From Convolutriloba macropyga (Eukaryota): DNA of 64,000 nucleotides. Below the pieces are notes generated by a model, which had not been told where the DNA came from, ran no database searches, and worked only from the letters and a program-made list of their open reading frames with translations. The stretch spans positions 30,008,001 to 30,072,000 of the forward strand of contig NC_134470.1 in assembly GCF_964194025.1 (NCBI RefSeq), read 5' to 3'. Both the position numbers and the translations under genes were made by a program. Below, in pieces: positions 25,501 to 37,500 of the stretch; the first letter of the stretch is position 1; the number at the start of each line of letters is the position of its first letter.

Positions 25501-28500
25501 ATATCTAGGACAGAAGAGACGTTTATTTCGTTCTCAGTTCAGGTTCCCATTAGAAGTTACTTAAACAAATGTGGTGTCGCGAAACTTGTACGCAATGAAT
25601 TGCGCTTCCTGGACAGTTTTAATTTTATGGCCTCGAGCCTTAATTCACTGGCACAAACGTTGCAAGATGCCGACTTGAAATTACTCCGATTCCACTTTAA
25701 ACAATTTTGTGATTCAGATTTCAAGAAAATAAGAGCAAAGGGAATTTTTCCTTATTCGTATTTAGACTCATTCCGTAGGTTTGAACTTGGCTTTCCTGCC
25801 TACGGTGACCATTGGAAAAACACTCTAACCGGAAGAATTGATGTTACTCAAGAAGTGTATACACGAGCTGTTGATATGTATCATCTCTTCGGTTGTAAAA
25901 ATTTTGGAGACTACCGCGACGCTTATCTGCAGACAGATGTGTACTTACTGGCAGATGTGTTCGAATTGTTCCGCTCGGTGTGCATAAAAGTTTATCGTTT
26001 GGATCCTGCTCATTTTTATAGTGCTCCTAATCTAAGCTGGGATGCAATGCTGGTAACAACTGATGTTGAGTTGGGGCTTCTGTCCGACGTTGATATGCTG
26101 CTTTTCTGCGAAAAAGCTATTCGAGGTGGTCTCAATGGCGTGGGAGCGCTGAGACATTTTCGAGCTAATAACAAATATCTTCAGAATTTCGTTAGGAACG
26201 AAAAGTCCGTTTTTGGCGCTTTTTTTAATGTTACCTTACTCTATGGTGGCATCATGATGAAAAAGCTTCCAAAGGATGGCTACAAGTGGAGCGAGTTTTC
26301 AAACATCGATGAGCTAATTGGAAAGTACAGGTCAAATACCGACTTTGGCTACTTCGTTGAAATTGATCTAGAATATCCGCGAGAGATTCACGATGACCAC
26401 TCTGATTTTCCCTTCGCTCCCGAGAAACATGTTATCCAAGACGATTGGTTGTCTGCGTACAGCAAAAACTTAGCGGCTAACAGATCTGCTGTTCCGAAAT
26501 TGGTCGAAACTTTGTTCGATAAGCCGAATTATATATGTCACATTGAAAACTTGCTATTTTACATCGATCAAGGTTTGAAAGTTGGTAGACTTCATCGAGT
26601 TCTGCAATTTAATCAGTCTGACTGGTTGCGTCCCTATATCGAAAAAAATACGGTTATACGAAAGCAAGCTTCAACAACGTTCGAAAAAAATTTTTATAAA
26701 CTGATGTCGAACGCTTGCTTTGGCAAAACAATGGAAAGCAAACGAAATAGAAAAAATATTCAGTTTGTATCTGATGAGGCGAAAGCCTCCAAACTTACGT
26801 CGAGGCCGAGTGTCAAGTCATTTCAAATTATAAGCGAAAATTTGTGTTCCGTTTATTTTTCCGTACCGAACATTAGATGGGACAAACCAACTCCCGTCGG
26901 AGCAGCCATCTTGGACCTTTCAGAACTTGCTCTGTACCATTTTCATTATAAAGAAATGAAACCGAGGTACGGGAAAAAGATTTGTGTCACTTACAAAGAC
27001 ACTGACTCGCTTCTGTACAGAGTAGAAACCGAAGACTTGTATGAAGACATGTACGAATTTAAACATTTATTGGATCTCAGCGATTACCTAACTTCTCATC
27101 CTCTGTTCGACGCGAGTAATAAAAAAGTGCCCCTGACAATGACTGGCGAGTTGAATGGTTCAGTTTTGGAAGAGAGTGTAATTCTTGGATCTAAGATGTA
27201 CAGCATCAAGTTTCAAAGGGGAGTAAAACAGAGTGCCAAAGGCATGCAAAAACTTGTTAAAAAGACTCTGCATCATGACAAGTTTCGTGAGTGTCTTCTG
27301 ACCGGAGTTAGCAGTCGAGCACCAATGACAAGAATTCATTCAGCAAACCATCAAATAAAGGTTACAACAACAAACAAAACGGCTCTGAGTTGTTTTGATG
27401 ACAGAAGATTCATACTGGATAACGGTGTTGACACTTTACCTGATGGCCACAACAGCCTCAATCAAACCCCAACAGTGACCTTTGAATCGGATTGTCCATC
27501 ACTACAGGATAGTGACTGTGAAAACAGTTCGATTTCAAGCGAAGAAGAGGAGAAGGAGGAGAACTTCGAGCTGATATCGACAGTAGACCTTTCTGATTCC
27601 TGCTCAATAGCTTCTACTACGGTCTCTTCTTTTGGTAAAAACGCTTTTTGCAGTTCAGTTTTTACGAAATAGTTATTATGTACTTATTTTTGTTTCAGCT
27701 CCACCCAATCCTGGCTTTATACCTCGAGAAGTTGATGACTCGGAGCCAGTTTTTAATTGGAGTGATTTCAGTGATGAACAAGATAATAGCGACGAAGATC
27801 GTTGTCTACCCCGGAACCCGTTTATAGATAATGAAGCAATTGAAGGAGAATGTAGTAACAGAAGTGGCGACGAATCTTGTATCATTCAGCCTATGCCTGC
27901 AAAGAGGCGACGACCTCTTGTTTCCTACTCAGACTCAGATTAAAAACACATGGTTAGCAATACAAATTAAATTATAAAATGTTCAATGTGTAATTGGTTT
28001 GAGATATACTACTGAAAAATCTCATCAAATTCAACTCATTAATTAAGCCAATATTTTTAACTGCGTTTAACACTAAAAATCTGAAATGCTTCGTTGCCGT
28101 AAGGCGATCCCGAAACTTTGTGTGTTGTGTATAGCCCACCTTTTGAAATATTTGCAAAGCTGCATATAAGCAATACAGCCCGCATAAGTTTGAAGATAAA
28201 GATTGAGGGGGAGGTGACGAAGCAGTTTCGTGAATGTCAAAACGAACCGAAATTTTGTACAGTGAATTAAATCGTTCTTGGAAATGAGTGAAAAAATTTA
28301 GCGGAATTTTCAGGCTGTTCCAGAATACAATGTTTGTTAATTTCTTGTTTCTTTTTTGTTTGGCTGAGCTTTTGAATGTTGATTGAAGTTGAGTTCCCTT
28401 GAATTTTTTTGGAGATGTACTTACAATTTGAAAGCGGGGACCTGAGTTCATTCTTGGAAAATTGTCTGCCGACCAAACACCTCCAAAAGGAAACTTTAAT

Positions 28501-31500
28501 AAACGTAATTTGCCTACTACTCCTTTGATCGAAATGTTATCCATTGAATATAATTTGGTTTTTTGAAATATTCCTTTTGGTGTCAATAAAAACTTGACTG
28601 AATCTCTCTCCGATAATAAAGAGTTCAACTGCTTCTGGAAGGGCTTCAGAGAAGAATAGCTTCAGAGTAATTGGCGCTCCTGTCAGTTCGGGGAATAGGG
28701 TAAGATTTTTTGACGCCTCTTGTGATGAGGTCAAGTCGAAACTGACAATAAATTTTTTATCGAAATCCTGCAGAGAAATTTTATTACCGCCATTTTTAAA
28801 ACCCAGCGCTGTTAGTGTGTTGTGATATACTCTGACATTATTTTCAGTGTCAATTGGTGTGCCTGCTATAGGTAAGCCATTTCCTCGTATGATTTCAATT
28901 CTTTTTATTTTATACTTGTTTTACAGAAAAGGGTTTGTCTCTTTCGATCCTCTGAACTTAACGTTTGCTACCATGCACATTGTTAAACGTCTGATTGGCT
29001 CCGTTCCCAAAATTGATTCTTTAACGAAAGAATTTTGACCAGATTGCATGATAAAACTTTTGCAAAGAAATTCTATATAGGGGTACCTTGCTGGTGATTT
29101 TAATAATGCCTTCTCGATTGAAAGTCGTACTGATTCAGTGACAGTTATCTTGCGGACAAACATGGACGCTTTTTCTATTACTGCCGTAAACAGTTTGTCG
29201 TTATCGTCGGCCAAGCTAAAAAGACTAGAGTTTAACTCGAATGTCGACTTCAGGGACTATAAGTTTTTCGCAACTAAAAAAGTCGACATAAAGGGAACCA
29301 TAGAGGTTAAGCGTGTAACCTGACTCCAAGGTAGCTTTCAAACGGTTTTGTAACCACTCAGATTAATTGGCGTCTGACGAAGGCTCTGAGTTGTAACTGT
29401 ATCCTTGACAAGCGGCCCAAGTCTCTTTGCTATCACTGTTCGTTGTTAATTATGTCTCAAGAAATGCTCGATGGTGGTAAGAGTTGTTGCTATCAGAAAT
29501 CAAAATACCGTTGGCGTATACTTCGACCTGTGAGAATAGGCTGTGTAGAGCATTGTTTGCAAATACAACTTTGCTTGCGTCACTTGCTTTTACGCGATCT
29601 TTTCCATCTGGCGTGTAGATAGACACTTGAATTCCTAGTTGAATATAGTTAAGGTCAATGCAGTTGCGCTGGTCTCCGCTGATTAAAAAGTCTAATGTTG
29701 GTCCTCTTGAACCGACTTGTGGGTAAATTTCTTGATCGAATCCGCTCTCATAATTCACAAGAACACTAGGTTTCTCAAAAAAGTCTAAAGCTGTATGCGT
29801 TACAGGGTTGGCGATATCTGCTACAATGCTGGTGAACTCAGTACTTTAGAATCTTACGTTTGACAAAATATCTGATCGACTGCGTTTCGTCTTGGTTGTC
29901 TTTAAAGTGCTTTGGGCTGGCCTCTTGCGTGTTGGTATCTCTCTTATCTCTAGTTTGTTTGTTGATAAGGGGTTTTGGGTTGCGCTGCGCCCCGCCGCCT
30001 GGCGAGCGGACGGCGCGGTAACCCGCGAACCGCGGCCGGGAGACACGTGCGTCAATCGCAACCGTTTCGGCGGGCGCGGGCGGGAACGATCGGCTGTTGT
30101 CGATTCTGAAATTGTTTTTGAAACTCATTTCTTCAATGAGTCTTTTGCTGCAGATTTTAGTTTCTTTTTTCCTGCTATCATTTGCCCAATCTCAGGAATT
30201 GCTGCTCGCTGTAATAAGATTGCGTCCCATTTTTTTGGCAAATGGTAAAGCGTACTTTTGTAGTAGTGGTAAAGTACAGCGACCAATTCGTACAGCTAAT
30301 GCGCCCAATCCTGCGGCGCCTGATCCGAACTGCCGTGCGGGACGGCCATGAGTCAGAAAGTTTTCTTCATTTCTCGCAATTTGTGCTTCATAGTGTGCGT
30401 CCATGCTTCCAATCAAACCAACTGTTTATTGGGTAGCCGTTGAGCATAATGAACTACTTTGGTAAAAACTGAAATTTCAATGTCAGCCAGCTTCGGCCTA
30501 TTGAGAGAAATGGCATCAGTTGTCCGGTTTCGTCGCGAATCGTTATGTTTATGGATTGAAATGATGACTTGAATACATTTTTCCATTGCAAGTTTGAGAA
30601 CGATTGATGGCAAATGATCGCGTTTTGTGTCTTTTGTGTCGAGTTGTCTGGAAGGGCTGTTGTTCTAAGAAGTGACGTTAATTTGTTTCCAAGAATCTGT
30701 TCTTGTATCAAATCGCAATAAACAAAAATTGTGTGACGCCCACCGGAGATATCTACTGGATATTTAGGGTTGACACCAATTTTAAGTATGTGTGTTCCGA
30801 GAATGTTTTGCAGATCTGGTGAATGAAGTTTTATACTTGTTGGACTTCTCTGTTCAGTTTCGTCTTTGTTAGTTTATCTTCACCGGAACTGGCGGCGGTC
30901 ATAAAACCATCCTCATTCCCTGTTGATGCCTGGTCTTTTTGGCCACTGTTGCTTAATAGCTTTAGTTTCTGGGTATGGCTTGAAATGCACCATATGATAG
31001 GCCAGTCATTTTCATGTTTTGTTCTGAAGCTTTTTGCAAAAATTTTTTGCATCAAATTTTCAATTGTTGGGTAAAAACCAGTGTCAATTTTGCATTTGAG
31101 GTTTGCCTTTTTCCGAAGATGGTACTGTTTTCTGTCGGCTGGTCGACGACGGCGGCGGCGACCTATATCAGTGAAAAGTTCTTCTGCGCTCGTTGGTTCT
31201 ATTGGCTCTTCATCATCCGACGAGGAATCTGTTTCGTCCATATGCGGCTCTGTAAAACCGTGTGTAACGTTTTTAAACTTTACTGGCCATGATATTTCGA
31301 GAAGTGCCACTTGCCATGTTCCGAATGTTTTGTTTAGATCTATTGGTTTGGGGAATAGATTTGTGAAAGCCGCCATCAAGTTGCCGGAATACGTTTCCGT
31401 GGAAGCGTTGGAGACTAAATTTATTGTAAAAGTATTTTCAGTTGGATCCATTTTTTTAAAATTTCTGAAAATTTTGTCAGTTCTGATTTGTAAAATCGGC

Positions 31501-34500
31501 CGACTATTTCTCCTCACGTTTCATGAGAAACAACGCGGTAAGTTGGAGGATTGAGTGTGAGGACTTTGTCTATTCTGAATATTTCGTGACTGAATTGAAT
31601 CTTATAACCCGATGAAATGTTTCGATGTTGCGTTTGATTCGAACGGTCTCACCAATGGCAAATTTGGGCTTTTGTATCTTGTCGTTTACGTTCAGTGAAA
31701 TGAGATAACATAACTTGTGTGCTGTTTGGTTACGCTCTTTGGAGCAAGACCTGTTATCCTGTTGACTCGAGAGTTAATGACTTTGAGAAAATTCTGCAGG
31801 TTATTTATATATGTACTGGTGTGATTTTCTTTTAAGAACTTATAAATTAAAGACTTTATGGATCGAATGTTTTGTTCTGCATACGAACTTTTCTTTTCGT
31901 TCCGAGTTTGGTAAATTGCTTTTTCTTTCTGCTCGCAAAAATTTTTGAATGATCCCAGAAATTCTTTTCCATCATCAGTCCATACTTTTTCCGGTTTGAT
32001 TTTTGTCGTCATCAAGGCGAAAGCGCGTTTGGTTGTTGATGCGTATTTATCTTTCATAAGCTGAACCCTAAGGAATCTACTAAGTGTATCGACTGCCACC
32101 AATAGATATCGAGTGTTTCGATTTTCTGTGGACAATGATTGCATATCCGCAAGATCAATTGACCATAATTCATTCAAACGATATGACTGTACTTTTAGGC
32201 GTGGAAAACGGTGACGTGTTTGTTTGAACTTTGTCTATGTTGAGCTTGTTGTTAGGTAGGTTTCCACTGTTTTACGTTTTAGGCCTGTTGATATAACCAG
32301 CCTGTTGATACTGCCGTAGGCTGATGTAGTATTCGTGTTTATATAATTTTGTTGAATAGTTTGCAGGTCCCTGCTGTTTGTGATTGCTGATGAGATGACC
32401 CTTTCATTTTTGCATTTTGTGCATGTAAAGTTCTCTCTGTCGTACTCTTCAGCCTTCTCTATCCCTGAACATTGATTGTGTACCCAACCACAAATTGTGC
32501 AGTAAAACAGTGGTTTCCTTCTTTTGCTTTTTCCCAACAGTCCTACAGTTTCCACATGTCAGCTTTCTCGGAGGACCGGGGTTTTGCTCTATCCCACTGG
32601 TTTGAAGAAGCAACTTAATAAGCTTTCTACCTAATAGCTTTACTATCTGTAGCTGAACATGGAAAGCCATGTGGTGTTCAAATCTTTTGCAAGCTTTGGG
32701 CTAACTGATTTGGCGTTTGTGTTGGCAACTAGATGCTGGGCAATTTTGAGCTCTTTTACTAGGGTAAGATCTGCTGGAGAAATTTTTTTTGTAGGGTGCT
32801 GAATGTTTATTAAAAGCTCAAACAAATTGCTGTCAGATGGAGGTCCTCCAGTTTTCCTTTGAATTTTGCCTGTATGCTTATCAGTTGTAACGGTTGTTGA
32901 GTTTTGTAAAAGTTTAATAATTGTTTTCGACTTCTCAATTTTTCCGCTCGAAAGTCCAGTGAGAGTCAATTCTTCTAATATTTGATTTGCCTCGTCAGCG
33001 CTAACATTTGTTTGATGATGTTCTCTTGTTATCATCTCCTCTGTCTCCTCTCCCGATTTTTGCTCCTCATTGAACGTGGCTGCAACACTTAGTTGGGCTG
33101 CGACATCGCTTTCGTTAGAATTTCTTTTGGTTAATAAAATTTCTTTGGCTGTTTGGGGCTTTTGGTTGCTCTCGTTGGCTGCTTCGAGCAATTTGTTATA
33201 AGTTTGTAAATGAATGAGAATGAACTTCCGTGCCTCGTGTTATTGCGCCTGTTCTTTCTTGAAATGATTTTGAATGGGATTGTGAATTAGTTTAATAAAT
33301 TGCAGTCGCTAGCAATTTTCGTTTTTGAGGTAATTTAACTTTCTTATCACAAATAAGAGAAAGAATGGTTTTAAATTTCTTGAACTGCTGTTTGGTTACA
33401 TAAGTATTAGCTAACGAGACATTGCCTTGAACAATATTGTATGAACAGTCAACTAAAAATTTGATAAAATTATCATCGAGATCAATAAGCTTGAAGCGCT
33501 TCAGAACAGGTTTGAAGTTGATGAGCAGTTTGAAAGTAGTCAGATGTTGTGAATTGTTCATCGAGTTCAATTTTCTTCTGCGAATTTCCTACTATATAAA
33601 ATATGCTGAGGTCGTTTGTTAAATGTGAGCAGAATCGTAGGTGCTCGCTGCATCTGGGATCCAAATCAATCAACAAATGACCGAATGGTTCTTTAGTAGC
33701 TAATTTATACGCCGACTGCACAAGATTTCTGCTTCCCAACTGACGACCTAGAACATCGACCTGAACTACATCTCGGGGATTTTTCAGTAAGAGCATATGT
33801 GTAACATTCATGTTAATTGTCTTCAAATTTGGACTTTTCTGGTACAAGTTATGCTTGAAAATTATGGCGTGTTGGTTTTTGTGTCGTCCAGAAATGACCA
33901 AATTCAAAAACTCTTCTTGTTGGCTGGCTTCTGCGTATACAGCATCAAAAATGATCAGTTGACGGTCCGTTTCGAGATGAGAGTTAATCTTGCTCCAATT
34001 GAGTCCTTCGATAATAAATATTATTGTGCCGAGTTTTATTTTGATTTCTGTATATATTTCTTGCCAATGCTGATAGACGTAAATTATTTTGTCAAATTGA
34101 GGATAAAACAGTTCTCTTTGTTTAATTATGATATCTGCCACAAGATGGGTTTTACCTGATCCACTGGGGCCAACTACCATCATCAGTAAGTGAGGTTGAG
34201 TAACAATTACTTTGTTCATTTTGGTGTTGGAATCCAACAACCAAGGCTGAAAGCGAGGACTGACCACATTTCTGGGCGTTCTGTTGAGAATTTGGTAACG
34301 AAAAGAAAATTAAGGCCGCTTGTTATTGCTGCGAATAAAAGAAAAATGTGTATGCTGTAAAATATTAGTGACCTTTCAATGCTCCCACAAAGCTTCCACG
34401 GGGGGCGCTCTTCATCGTTTTGGTCGAATATTATTTTACTAGCAATAGCCAAGTGACAATCTGGAGAGTCAGTCATTGCATTAGGGTGCTCGAGTGGGGT

Positions 34501-37500
34501 GGTGCAGGTGGTGGAGACTGACTAGATTGTCGTGATAATGTAATAAAATACTCTAATAGTTTAGAAGCTTCAACTAAAAGCTCAATTTCAGACAGTGTTA
34601 GATCAATTTCAGTTTGAACAAGAACAAAACGTTGACCCACTTTTTTCCAGCACTGTTTTCTCAACAATATTTCTGTCTTGTCGTTGACTTGAGATAATTG
34701 TAAAGCTGCCGGCTTCGAAATATGCAGTGTGAAGTTATCGGGGTCGTAATTGGTCATTCTAAAATGGCAATCCTTCAAAATAGGACCAGAATACGAGCTT
34801 AAAAATGATCCAAAATAGGACACCAGTTAAGTGCCCAAGCAGAAAGTGACTAGGAAAATTTGAAACCATATACACATATCCTGGTCCAAGTCCGTATTCT
34901 TCGTTCATGAATCCATACGCGTCATGAAATGCAGCATGTGTTCGTAGTATTTTCAAATGCTTAAGATACTCATGCAGTCTACTATTACCGGGTCCTATTA
35001 GTCCTGCATGCGGGGCCAGTTTATTGATGACTTGAAGGTCGGAATTGGGATCAATGAACATGCAAACTGCAAGAAATGCATTTTTTGTTGTTTTGTTCTG
35101 AGGGAAATGCTTAGAAGCAATTTCAAAATTGCTCAAAACTTTATTAATATCTGGAATAAGTATCATTAAATTGGTAAACCAACCGATTTACAGAACACTT
35201 ATATAGGAAGTGGTAGTCAGTGAGAGGTTTTTTGTTATCAGTTTTCTTTTGTTTGTTTAGATGAGTCATCTGGATTTTCCGTGCTTTCCTCCAATGAAGC
35301 ATCCCAGCATCTGCATTGCGCATTGTTCATTCCACATTGAACTTCCAAATAAGTTGAATGATCCCTTCTGTAGATCGATCCCCAGCCGGTTGCCTGAACG
35401 TCGATGTAATCCTCCAATGTCTGCTTGAAAGGGGAGTCTGTTTTCGCAAGACTCTCTATCTTTGCTAATATTCTGCGCTGGTATTCCGTCATTGTAGCAC
35501 ATTCTTGTCGTCTATTTGGACACGAGCGTTCCATCTCCCATATTGTTTCCATCAAGCTGTTTCGTTTTGGGGAAATATCCATTACTGTATCAGCGTTTCT
35601 TGTGAATTGTTCGAAGATGTCTCCTCGTCTTGTAATGTCTGATACATTGAATCGTAGTAATTGCTGATTGAACGTTTGAAATGCGCTTGTTGGTACAAAC
35701 ATTCTTGCTTTGATCTCGAACAGTACTTTGCTTTCATGACGAATATAGGATTTGATAGTCTTCTCCATGTGTTTTGGATTATCGTTTGTATAGACCAGAA
35801 TGTGTTGATGCTCAAATGATATGTCGTCGCACCATCTGTATTGCTGTTGCGTCTTTTGAGGATCATGATGTACAACAGAAAATTGCTACTCTGTAAAGTG
35901 ATCAATCCAGTTAGCGAGGCCCTTCGGTTGAAATTGTGTTGTCAAATTTGAGTCTCTTGCATCAATTTTGCGTCTCTTTGTTTGCGCCTCGAATGAGAAT
36001 TGTGAGGGAATCAGAACTTGAGCACTATAAACAATGTATCAAAAATTGTCAGAACTTTCTGCGCTGTTATTCATGGCACTTGAAGTCCGTTGAGAAATGG
36101 TTTTAGTTCGCGTTTCTTGGTATATATAGCTTTAGTTATTTGTTCAGTACTGATAATTGAGAATTGAGATTACTTTAAAATGATAAAAGCGTGAACTGAT
36201 TGAAAAAAGAGACACAGTTTAGCCCATAAGGTTATTCGAAATAACATCTGTGCCAAAGTGTCTCTTCGTACGGCATTGTAGTTGATGATTTTCACTCAGT
36301 AAATTTAAAACTGCATGTGGGGTAGTTCAATGGCATAACTATAGTGTAAACCTATCAATATGGTCGTGCCTATAGAATTGTTTAAGTTGTGTAGTTGTTG
36401 CATCTTGTAGTTCAGTGGTGTAGACGTCTTTGCTATTGTAATTAAGATTGATTTTGGCGTAGGTTCGAGACTAGATAGGAGGGATCCTAAATCTGTGCGG
36501 TAGACCACCCCAAATTTCACTGATATACAAAAACAAGAAAACTGACCACGCTATTAACAGTTTAAAATCAGATTGTGGCCGAAAAAACAGCAAGAAAGTT
36601 CTTTGAAAATAAAGCAAAGTATGGTAACTCAAACAAAAGCAGTCTAAGTTAAGAAATGTAATCAAATTAAAAATGCATTTGCTCAAATTGTACAACTTAA
36701 CAACACACAATTTCTTCTGAAAACAATTCATCCTAGGAGGACCTGATAGACGAGATGAATATAAAAGCCTGCAAAATTTCTATTGATCTTATCAACCTGA
36801 AAAAAAAACAAATGAAAAACTTCGTACTAACTGACCTCCAAATATTCACGGATAAACGTTTAAACTGCCCCTTACATAAAAATAAAGAAACTAAACAACA
36901 AAAGAAAAAAGCTGTAGGAAAAACTACTGAAGTCTTGGCTATTACAAGCACTCCAAACAAAAATCTTCAATTCAAATATTTTTCGCGTGAACTCCGTGCA
37001 AAGACTATAAACAAAACAATAGAAATAAGAATGTTAAGTGCGCAAAAACTTGAAGTTAAGTAAAATCATAAAAATTGTCGAAAATTCGAAAAAAAATGTG
37101 AAAAATGACAAAAAGTCAAGTCAGCCCTTCACTACCTCCATTCAATAATTTACAGACAATTAGCGTCAAAAATAAATTACAATGTTCTCCCGAAGACACA
37201 TTTTATTCAACACTCAGATAACATTTGTTTCTACAGGGGTTCTTTAGAACTATGCTGCGATAAAAAATTTAATCAACTGACAATTTAAAAAATGAAATGA
37301 TAAAAACTGACTAAATAATTATTTTGAAAAAAGACCGAAAACAAATATTTGGATGACAAATTTTTCAGAGTTCAGGTCCAAAAATCTAAACAGCACGTAA
37401 ATAAGAACCCCTCTCTTTGATTGATTACAAAAAAACGATTCGTAAAACAAAAGGCAAACTATTGCAAATAAATTAAAACTAAAAGTAAACTGATAATTTA

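Larger units (their letters stand above)
20266..36521. mobile_element. Polinton/Maverick (adintovirus-like) endogenous viral element, full length, decayed
   Basis: Left end AGTAGT at 20266. Imperfect TIRs (core TTGGGGTGGTCTACCGCACAGA..AGGATC..CTCGAACCT at ~20277-20331 and its reverse complement at ~36461-36513). 6-bp TSD GATATA at 20260-20265 and 36522-36527. Contains pPolB, protease, MCP, mCP, integrase and ATPase. Confidence 0.95.

Noticed and set aside
32515-32545. Programmed -1 frameshift at GGGAAAAAG between the 2A peptide and the rest of the PHD
   Set aside because: The heptamer is out of phase and the required shift is +1; a 1-nt insertion in an A run of a decayed element is simpler.
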